A stretch of 39,192 nucleotides of DNA from an uncultured Anaerolinea sp. (GTDB lineage: Bacteria > Chloroflexota > Limnocylindria > Limnocylindrales > CSP1-4). Under the pieces are notes generated by a model. That model saw only the letters and a program-made list of their open reading frames with translations, made no database searches and was not told where the DNA came from. Shown piece by piece: positions 32,792 through 39,192 of the stretch; position 1 is the stretch's first letter; every line of letters starts with the position of its first letter. A program made the position numbers and the translations under genes. The stretch covers positions 1 to 39,192 of the forward strand of contig CAZOJS010000046.1 in NCBI GenBank assembly GCA_964580175.1, written 5' to 3'.

Positions 32792-35044
32792 TCAGCCGAG
32801 GTCGCGTGAAGCGCTCAGGACATCCTTGAGTCCCTCGACCCGGCTCAGGACGCGGGCCAGCTGACTGACGGACGCGACCTGGAGGGTCGCCCGAACGGTG
32901 GCCACATGGTCCGGCCCGACCGACACGCTGGCAGCCAGGATGTTGACCTTCGCTTCGGCTACCACCTGGGTGATGTCGTTGAGCAATCCCGTTCGATCGT
33001 AAGCCTCCACCCGGACGGCGATCGGGTAGGTCTGGGCTGGGGCGGCCTCCCATTCGACCTCGATCAACCGCGTCACCTCGCGCTCGTTGATCACCGTCGG
33101 GCATGAACGCAGATGCACGGTCACGCCCTTGCCTCGCGTGATGAAGCCTTGAATTGGGTCTCCCGGGATTGGATGACAGCACCGAGCGAACCGGACGAGC
33201 AGGTCGCCCACGCCCTTCACCCGGACACCACCGGCCTTGGCCGGCGCCAGCGGCGGCGCGACCGCCGGCAGCTGGAGCTGCGTGTCGTCCACGACGCCGA
33301 GGCGCCCGACCACGGATTGGGCGCTCACGGCGCCATAGCCGACGGCAGCGAGGAAGTCGTCGGTGGTCTCGTGGTTCAGCTGCCGGGCCACCTCCAGGAG
33401 CCGATCCGGGCCGATCGCGGAGAGCGTCGTCCGAGCGAGGCGCCGGAGCTCACGCTCCAATGACTCTCGCCCATGCACGATGTTCTCGTCCCGTTCCTGG
33501 CGCTTGAACCATTGCCGGATCTTCTCTCGGGCATGCCCGGTCCGGACCAGGTTCAGCCAGTCTCTGGATGGACCGTGCTCCGATTTCGTGGTCACGATCT
33601 CGACGATGTCGCCGTTCTTGAGCCGGTAGTCGAGGGGAACCAGGCGGTTGTTCACCTTGGCCCCGATCGTCCGATGGCCAACATCGGTATGGATCCGGTA
33701 GGCGAAGTCGAGGGGTGTCGCGCCAGCCGGCAGGTCCTTGATCTCGCCCTTCGGCGTGAAGACGAAGACCTGGTCCTGGAAGATGTCGAGCTTGATGCCT
33801 TCCACGAACTCGGTCGCGTCGGCGACGTCGCGCTGCCAGTCCATGAGCTGGCGCAGCCAGGCCAGCTTGGCGTCGTAGTCGCGGTCCGACTTGGAGCCTT
33901 CCTTGTACCGCCAGTGAGCGGCGATCCCGACCTCCGATACCTGGTGCATCGCCTGGGTCCGGATCTGGATCTCCAGGGGCTTCCCGTCGATCGCAATCAC
34001 GGCCGTGTGGAGCGACTGGTAGAGGTTGTTCTTGGGGACCGCGATGTAATCGTCGAACTGACCAGGTATGGGACGCCACAGGGCATGGACGATGCCGAGC
34101 GCCGCGTAACAGCCGCGCACGTCATCGACCAGGATCCGGATCGCGTAGACGTCGTAGATCTCGCCAAATTCGGCGCCCTTGCGCTGCATCTTTTTCCAGA
34201 TGCTGTAGATGTGCTTGGGACGGCCCTGCAGGTCCGCGCTGACCCCGGCTTCCTGCAGCTTCGGCTCGAGCTCGGCGATCGCCCGCTCGATGTACCCTTC
34301 GCGGCCCTTCCGGCGAGTGTCGAGCAGCTTGGCCAGCTCACGAAAGCGCTCCGGCTCGAGAATCTTGAAGGACAGGTCTTCGAGCTCCCACTTGAGCTGC
34401 CAGATCCCGAGTCGTTCGGCCAGCGGCGCGTAGATCTCGAGGGTCTGGCGGGCAATCCGGGCCTGCTTCTCAACCGGCAGCGCCGCCAGCGTCCGCATGT
34501 TGTGAAGGCGGTCCGCGAGCTTGATCAGGACGACCCGAATGTCGTCGGCCATCGCCAGGAACATCTTGCGGATGTTCTCGGCCTGCTGCTGTTCATGACT
34601 GAGCGTGCTGAACTTGCCGAGTTTGGTGACCCCATCGACGAGATGGGCGACCTCCTGCCCGAAGCGCTCCTCAATGTCGGCGAGCTCAAACCCGGTGTCC
34701 TCGGGGACATCGTGGAGAACCGCCGCCTGGATCGCCACCGGATCGACGCCGAGCTCAGCGAGGATCTCGGCCGCCGCGATCGGGTGGGTCACGAACGGCT
34801 CACCGGAAGCCCGCAGCTGGCCCGCGTGCGCCTGGGCGGCCATCTCGATGGCGCGCTCGATCCCGGACAGGTCGGCCTGCGGGTTGTGGACCCGCGTCGC
34901 AGCCAGGAGCCGCGCCGTCAGCGTCTCCACCGATGGAGTGGCGGAGCCGCTGCCGCGCGAGAGCGCTCTTCCTCCCGCGCGACGCGGACGCACCGCGCCG
35001 CGTTCGGGGGTCGGCGCGTCCGTTGGTATGCGAGGAGCTGCCAT
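32792..35044 (-). CDS. relA: Bifunctional (p)ppGpp synthetase/hydrolase, RelA/SpoT (Rel) family
   Basis: 750 aa. HD hydrolase domain (HPIAAAEILAEL...LHDVPEDT), synthetase domain (YQSLHTAV, RPKHIYSIWKKM), TGS (VFVFTPKGEIKDLPAGATPLDFAY), C-terminal ACT domain. Confidence 0.95.
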   Translation of the reverse strand: MAAPRIPTDAPTPERGAVRPRRAGGRALSRGSGSATPSVETLTARLLAATRVHNPQADLSGIERAIEMAAQAHAGQLRASGEPFVTHPIAAAEILAELGVDPVAIQAAVLHDVPEDTGFELADIEERFGQEVAHLVDGVTKLGKFSTLSHEQQQAENIRKMFLAMADDIRVVLIKLADRLHNMRTLAALPVEKQARIARQTLEIYAPLAERLGIWQLKWELEDLSFKILEPERFRELAKLLDTRRKGREGYIERAIAELEPKLQEAGVSADLQGRPKHIYSIWKKMQRKGAEFGEIYDVYAIRILVDDVRGCYAALGIVHALWRPIPGQFDDYIAVPKNNLYQSLHTAVIAIDGKPLEIQIRTQAMHQVSEVGIAAHWRYKEGSKSDRDYDAKLAWLRQLMDWQRDVADATEFVEGIKLDIFQDQVFVFTPKGEIKDLPAGATPLDFAYRIHTDVGHRTIGAKVNNRLVPLDYRLKNGDIVEIVTTKSEHGPSRDWLNLVRTGHAREKIRQWFKRQERDENIVHGRESLERELRRLARTTLSAIGPDRLLEVARQLNHETTDDFLAAVGYGAVSAQSVVGRLGVVDDTQLQLPAVAPPLAPAKAGGVRVKGVGDLLVRFARCCHPIPGDPIQGFITRGKGVTVHLRSCPTVINEREVTRLIEVEWEAAPAQTYPIAVRVEAYDRTGLLNDITQVVAEAKVNILAASVSVGPDHVATVRATLQVASVSQLARVLSRVEGLKDVLSASRDLG

Positions 35045-35050
35045 GGGTGC

Positions 35051-35056
35051 AGTCTA
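35051..35056 (-). promoter_or_regulatory. Putative -10 hexamer TAGACT, 6 nt upstream of the relA ATG (leaderless-type promoter inside the 20-nt murE-relA spacer)
   Basis: Minus strand reads TGAcctcgcggTAGACTgcacccATG. No Shine-Dalgarno sequence. Same TAGACTgc as upstream of hisS. Confidence 0.4.
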
Positions 35057-35064
35057 CCGCGAGG

Positions 35065-36741
35065 TCAGACGCCCCAACCGAGGTCGGCCAGGCCGGCTTC
35101 CGCCGCTGCCCGCTCGTTCCACGGTTGGGCAGACGTTGCTTGCAGGATCGTCGTCTCGTGGCCCTTGCCGGCCAGCACGACCACGTCTGCCGGATGGGCA
35201 CGGCGCAACGCCTCGTGTATTGCCGTCCGCCGATCGGCGATCTCGAGGATGAGTTCGGCCCGCCCGACGGCTCGGGCACCGGCCGCGATCTCCGCGAGGA
35301 TGACGTTCGGGTCCTCGCCGCGTGGGTCTTCATCGGCGATCACGACGACGCGGCAGCGCTCCGCTGCGACGCGCCCGAGCATCGGCCGCTTGTCGCGATC
35401 CCGTTCGCCGGCCGAGCCGATGACGACGATCAGGCTCCCGCCGCGACCAGCCGCCCTCGCGCCGAGCTCATCGAGAACGGTGGCCAGCGACGCTGGACTG
35501 TGGGCGTAGTCGATGACCACATCGAACGGCTGTCCCCGATCCACCCGCTCCATGCGCCCCGGCACGGCGCCCATCCGCTCAAGCCCGCGCTGGACAGCTG
35601 CCGGGTCGAGCCCGATGGCCCGGCCGAGCGCCACGACCGCCAGCGCGTTATGGGCGTTGAAGTGGCCGGCGAGCTGGAGCCGCAGGTCCGCCCGTCCATC
35701 GACAGTCTGGTAGGCGATCCGGAGGCCGTTCCCGTGGTCCACGGCGTCGATCAGCCGGACGTCGGCACCGGCCGCACGGCCGTAGGTGAGCAACCGGGCA
35801 CCGGCGTCAAGGGCGGCCCGCTGGAATACCGCGGTCGCCGGATCGTCGGCGTTGACGATCCCGGTCCGCGGCCAGTCGAGGTCGGGCGCGCTCCGCCTGG
35901 ACGGTATCTCCGCCAATCGATCGAACAGGGAGCGCTTGGCGTCCCGGTATGCCTCGAAGGTCCCATGCAGGTCAAGATGTTCGTGGGTCAGGTTCGTGAA
36001 CACCGCGACGTCGAACGAGACGGCGGCAACGCGGTCGAGCGCCAGCCCGTGCGATGTCGTCTCGAGAACGACCGCGCGATCGCCGGCCGATACCATCGCC
36101 CGGAGGGCCCGTTGGAGCGCCGGCGCCTCGGGGGTCGTGCTGTGCGCGGCATTCGGCTCCCGGGTGCCCCCGATCTGGGTCGCCACCGTACCGAGAAGAC
36201 CAACCTGGATCCCGGCGGCCTGGAGCGCCTCGGCGGCCAGCAGGCACGTCGTCGTCTTCCCGTCTGTGCCGGTGATCCCGATCACCCCGAGTTCGCGAGA
36301 TGGATCTCCGTACCACCAGGCCGCGGCCTCGGCCAGCGCGCGCTGGGCCGAGGGCACCACCAGCTGCGGGATGGCCACGTCTTGGATCGGACGCTCCACC
36401 ACCGCGGCCGCCGCACCGTTCGCGAGCGCCGACGAGAGGTGGTCGTGGCCATCCGCATGCGCACCGGGGATTGCCACGAAGACGGATCCGCTGCGCACCT
36501 CCCTCGAATCGGCGACCAGACCGCTGACCAGCACCGAGCGGCCTGCCGCGCCCGGTTCACCCTCCCCTCCGGACGGATCCAGGGCGACCAACGAGGCGCC
36601 GCCGAGACGAAGACGAGCGACGAGGTCGGCAAGCGGTCGAGGCGCCGATGGTTCGGCCGCAGCGAGAAGGGCGGCGATGCCGCCTGCCGATCCGGCCGAT
36701 CCCACCGATCCGGCCGATCCCGTCTTGTGCCGCTCGCTCAT
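35065..36741 (-). CDS. murE: UDP-N-acetylmuramoyl-L-alanyl-D-glutamate--diamino acid ligase (MurE)
   Basis: 558 aa from ATG 36741 (ATGA overlap with the upstream fem gene). P-loop GITGTDGKTTT, Mur ligase middle and C-terminal domains, specificity motif DEDPR (35320-35334). N-terminal Gly/Ser/Ala repeat. Confidence 0.85.
   Translation of the reverse strand: MSERHKTGSAGSVGSAGSAGGIAALLAAAEPSAPRPLADLVARLRLGGASLVALDPSGGEGEPGAAGRSVLVSGLVADSREVRSGSVFVAIPGAHADGHDHLSSALANGAAAAVVERPIQDVAIPQLVVPSAQRALAEAAAWWYGDPSRELGVIGITGTDGKTTTCLLAAEALQAAGIQVGLLGTVATQIGGTREPNAAHSTTPEAPALQRALRAMVSAGDRAVVLETTSHGLALDRVAAVSFDVAVFTNLTHEHLDLHGTFEAYRDAKRSLFDRLAEIPSRRSAPDLDWPRTGIVNADDPATAVFQRAALDAGARLLTYGRAAGADVRLIDAVDHGNGLRIAYQTVDGRADLRLQLAGHFNAHNALAVVALGRAIGLDPAAVQRGLERMGAVPGRMERVDRGQPFDVVIDYAHSPASLATVLDELGARAAGRGGSLIVVIGSAGERDRDKRPMLGRVAAERCRVVVIADEDPRGEDPNVILAEIAAGARAVGRAELILEIADRRTAIHEALRRAHPADVVVLAGKGHETTILQATSAQPWNERAAAEAGLADLGWGV
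36687..36722 (-). repeat. Four tandem 9-nt units (ccgatccgg / ccgatccca / ccgatccgg / ccgatcccg) inside the murE 5' region
   Basis: Read directly from the plus strand. On the coding strand it encodes the GSAGSVGSAGSA repeat of the MurE N-terminal extension. In frame (multiples of 9). Confidence 0.6.
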
Positions 36742-37880
36742 CGGGCGATGACCCGCGACAGACGCGCGAGGGCTCGCCCCATGGCATACCGACGCGGCCG
36801 AAGGATGATTTCGTGCGCTCCGCTCATCGCGACCCACTTCGCCCCGAAGGCTCGCTTGTGTTCCGCGAGGCCGTACATGGGTTCACCGGCGACCGGCTCG
36901 CGGCGAGCGCCCGGCAGGTCGACCCCGCCGAGGTCCATCTCCGCGCGACCCTCGCGAATGGCCAGCTGAATGGCCCGCCAGCGGAGCAGGTGGAGCGCCC
37001 CCGGGTGGCCTGTCCGGGCGGTCGCATCATCTGCGGAGTGCGCGGTGCTGAGCCGACCGCCGTGCCGGTACAGCAGCAGGCCGCCGATCGGATCGCCATC
37101 GACCGTGCGGGCCTCGAGGAGCACGAGCAGTCGGGCCGCGAAGGCCGCCCGCCACCAGCCGACGAACGCGGCCCGCGGCCCAAATCCGAAGTGACGCCGT
37201 TCGCCCGTGGCCAGAAGCAGGTCGTAGAAGCGATCGAGCGCGGCATCGATCCCCTCGGCGGGCGCCACGAAACCCTCGTCGAGGTCGGCCGTCGCGGCCG
37301 ATGTCGGGACTCCCCGGCCGCTCGAGTCCGGCCCGTGCGCACCGAGCGCGTCGTGGCACACGATCTGGATGCCGTCCCGCTCCGCGCCCCGGATGCGCTG
37401 GCGGGTTGATCTGGCGACCTGGCTGAAGACCGAGGCCTCGTCGGCCCCGTGGCCGAGGGGCAGGCTGTACCGATGCCGCGACGGCTGGATCTCCTCGATC
37501 TGGTGAAACCCGGCCGACTGGAGGAGCGCGGCATATCCGGTATCAGCGGGAACCTCGGCATCCGAGGCGACGACGTCCACACCGTGATCCCGCAGCCACG
37601 CTGCAACAGCGGAGGTTCGCGCAGCCATGGCGACCGCCTCGCCGGCCGGGATCGGTCCGCGCGGCAGGTAGGCACTGCCGCCACCGATGAGCGGCCAGGT
37701 TCGCTCGAGCGCGAGCACGGCGGATCCGTCGCCGAGGACCAGGTGATGCGGCCGCCACCCGGAAGCGGTCCGATGGCGAGCCCAGGCCATCGATTGGAGC
37801 ACATGGCCGCCGCCCGGATGGACGGTCAGGTCGTCCCACGCCTCGAGCTCGCGGGGCCCGGCCGGCCGAACGTCGATCAT
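36738..37880 (-). CDS. FemAB/FemX-family peptidoglycan aminoacyl-tRNA transferase (paralogue 2, more divergent)
   Basis: 380 aa from ATG 37880. HVLQSMAWARHRTASGW, ...LLLYRHGGRLSTAHSADD...HPGALHLLRWRAIQLAIREGRAEMDLGGV...YGLAEHKRAFGAKW match the tandem GNAT-like FemX layout. ATGA overlaps on both sides. Confidence 0.75.
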   Translation of the reverse strand: MIDVRPAGPRELEAWDDLTVHPGGGHVLQSMAWARHRTASGWRPHHLVLGDGSAVLALERTWPLIGGGSAYLPRGPIPAGEAVAMAARTSAVAAWLRDHGVDVVASDAEVPADTGYAALLQSAGFHQIEEIQPSRHRYSLPLGHGADEASVFSQVARSTRQRIRGAERDGIQIVCHDALGAHGPDSSGRGVPTSAATADLDEGFVAPAEGIDAALDRFYDLLLATGERRHFGFGPRAAFVGWWRAAFAARLLVLLEARTVDGDPIGGLLLYRHGGRLSTAHSADDATARTGHPGALHLLRWRAIQLAIREGRAEMDLGGVDLPGARREPVAGEPMYGLAEHKRAFGAKWVAMSGAHEIILRPRRYAMGRALARLSRVIAR

Positions 37881-38959
37881 CCGTCCGCGCCGGCGTCGCC
37901 GCCGGTCTCGGGCGCCGCAGATGCGCCAGGCCCAAGCCCGCGGCCCCGCCGGGCGATCCACACGCGGCTGCGCTGGGCCAGTCCGTAGACACCACGCCCG
38001 ACACCGTCGAGGATCAGGTCCCAGGCCCCGATGTAGTTGATCTCGCGTCCCCCGAAGCCCGCCTTGAAGTGGGCGATCCCCGGATGCGCGAGACCCCACA
38101 AATCGTAGGACCTCGCTCCCGCCTCTCGCGAGGATCGGATCGCCTCCCATTTGAGGAGGTAATTGGCGCGCGATTCCGCAGCGGCCTCGGTCATCCCGCC
38201 ATAGGGCTCCACCACGCGGCCGCCGCTCCTGACCAGAAAGAGCGCCGCGACCGGGGTGCCGTCCGCGAGGCGCGCGATGAGCAACCTCGCCAGGCCCTGG
38301 GGTCGGTAGGCGTTCCAGACATCCCGGTAGGCAGCCTCGGTTCGAATCAGGAAGCCGGCCCGGGCAGCCGTTTCGCGATAGATCGAATAGAAGATCCCCA
38401 GCGCGTCCCCATCCGCCTCCTCGATCACCACGCCCAGCGTTCGGGCCCGGTTCACGTATTGGCGCCACTTCTTCCGGAGGTCGCCCCACAGCGCGGCCTC
38501 GTCGGAGCGCAGGTCGATGACTCGGGTCGATGCCGGCTGGATCGCCGGAGCCGGCCACCAGCCCGCAGCGCGCAACGCCCGGCGGACCGCGCCGTCGGAA
38601 TCCAGGGGACCGTCCAGCTCGATCTCGGGGTCGATCCGCAGGTGCGAGACGCGGCCGGACCGGGACAGCTGCTCGCGAGCCGCGACCGTGAACGGCTCGA
38701 CGGACGCCGCGCCCCATGCGGCGCAGACCGGCCCGCGCGGCGCATAGGCGAATGCCCACGGGAGCGGCCTCGGCCGTCGCAGGAGCACCTGGGCAGCGAT
38801 ACGGCCGGCCGATGTCTCAGCCACGACGTCCGTGCTCGCCCAGCCATTGACCCGCTTGACCCGGGCCCAGGCCCGAAGCTGCAGATACGACCCGGGTTCG
38901 CTGCCCTGAACGAAGTCGTCCCACTCGTCGGTCTCGGCGGGTAGCTGGTCGAGCCTCAT
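37877..38959 (-). CDS. FemAB/FemX-family peptidoglycan aminoacyl-tRNA transferase (paralogue 1)
   Basis: 360 aa. SYLQLRAWARVKRVNGW, LRKKWRQYVNRARTLGV, ...ALFLVRSGGRVVEPYGGMTEAAAESRANYLLKWEAIRSSREAGARSYDLWGL...GIAHFKAGFGG are typical FemX/MurM motifs. Confidence 0.8.
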   Translation of the reverse strand: MRLDQLPAETDEWDDFVQGSEPGSYLQLRAWARVKRVNGWASTDVVAETSAGRIAAQVLLRRPRPLPWAFAYAPRGPVCAAWGAASVEPFTVAAREQLSRSGRVSHLRIDPEIELDGPLDSDGAVRRALRAAGWWPAPAIQPASTRVIDLRSDEAALWGDLRKKWRQYVNRARTLGVVIEEADGDALGIFYSIYRETAARAGFLIRTEAAYRDVWNAYRPQGLARLLIARLADGTPVAALFLVRSGGRVVEPYGGMTEAAAESRANYLLKWEAIRSSREAGARSYDLWGLAHPGIAHFKAGFGGREINYIGAWDLILDGVGRGVYGLAQRSRVWIARRGRGLGPGASAAPETGGDAGADG

Positions 38960-39192
38960 GCCCGACGCCGACGCCGGATCTGGTCGGTCACGATTCTGAC
39001 GATAGAGGGCAGTTCCGGGATACGCAACGCGACCGCCAACGAGCCGTACGCCGTCAGACCGGCCAAGGTGGCCGCGACCGTCCCCGCGAGCAAGGCCAAC
39101 TTGTCGGAGCCGGGAGCCAGAAGCCCGGCCAGGGCATCGGCCGCGAGCGTGGCAGCGATGGCGGCGAGGAGGGCCCCGGCGCCCGAACCGGC
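38956..39192 (-). CDS. C-terminal end of a polytopic MOP-superfamily flippase, probably lipid II flippase MurJ (5' part outside the window)
   Basis: Manual translation is in frame to the window edge: ...ALLAAIAATLAADALAGLL...LAGTVAATLAGLTAYGSLAVALRIPELPSIVRIVTDQIRRRRRA*. Terminal TM helices plus a basic tail, as in MurJ. ATGA overlap with the first fem gene. The family call is tentative. Confidence 0.4.
   Translation of the reverse strand, partial: AGSGAGALLAAIAATLAADALAGLLAPGSDKLALLAGTVAATLAGLTAYGSLAVALRIPELPSIVRIVTDQIRRRRRA

Noticed and set aside
36687-36722. The 9-nt tandem repeat as a CRISPR-like or intergenic repeat element.
   Set aside because: It is only 36 nt, has no spacers and lies in frame inside the murE coding sequence. 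It is reported as a coding microsatellite instead.

Overview
This is a 39.2-kb, very GC-rich (about 70% by eye, not computed), densely coding stretch of core chromosome. I call 38 CDS. 36 lie on the minus strand, in long co-directional chains with many 4-nt ATGA/GTGA stop/start overlaps. Reading from high to low coordinates on the minus strand:
- murJ-like (partial), two FemAB-family transferases, murE
- relA/spoT, hisS
- aspS, an EamA transporter
- typA
- cysteine desulfurase, mnmA, two small membrane proteins
- alaS, an FtsA/PilM-like actin-fold ATPase, a bitopic membrane protein, ruvX, mltG, a Xaa-Pro aminopeptidase
- efp, xseA, a mini-TM ORF, xseB
- dxs, tlyA, nadK, xerD, a PH/SHOCT membrane protein
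- an M50 site-2 protease, an HD-domain protein, scpA, scpB, rluB, an ABC ATPase, an ABC-2 permease (partial)

Only two genes are on the plus strand: a degenerate MobA/MocA-like gene and a cysteine-free DsrE-like gene.

I see no rRNA, tRNA, CRISPR array, IS element, prophage or defence island. The gene order combines neighbourhood blocks known from Firmicutes (relA-hisS-aspS ... cysteine desulfurase-mnmA ... alaS-ruvX-mltG; pepP-efp; xseA-xseB-dxs-tlyA) and Actinobacteria (tlyA-nadK ... xerD ... scpA-scpB-rluB). The window therefore looks like a Terrabacteria-type (Actinomycetota/Chloroflexota-like) housekeeping region.

Most noteworthy observations:
1. An actin-fold ATPase plus a bitopic membrane protein with a large ectodomain is inserted into the otherwise conserved alaS-ruvX-mltG block and translationally coupled to it.
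2. A murJ-fem-fem-murE chain with a DEDPR (not DNPR) MurE motif predicts a branched peptidoglycan.
3. TAnnnT -10 hexamers recur 6-10 nt upstream of start codons that lack a Shine-Dalgarno sequence, which suggests leaderless mRNAs for relA, hisS, aspS, typA, the cysteine desulfurase gene and alaS.
4. EF-P has Arg, not Lys, at the modification-loop tip.
5. Several small or degenerate accessory ORFs are wedged into housekeeping operons.

All functional calls rest on motif recognition by eye. No database search was possible.
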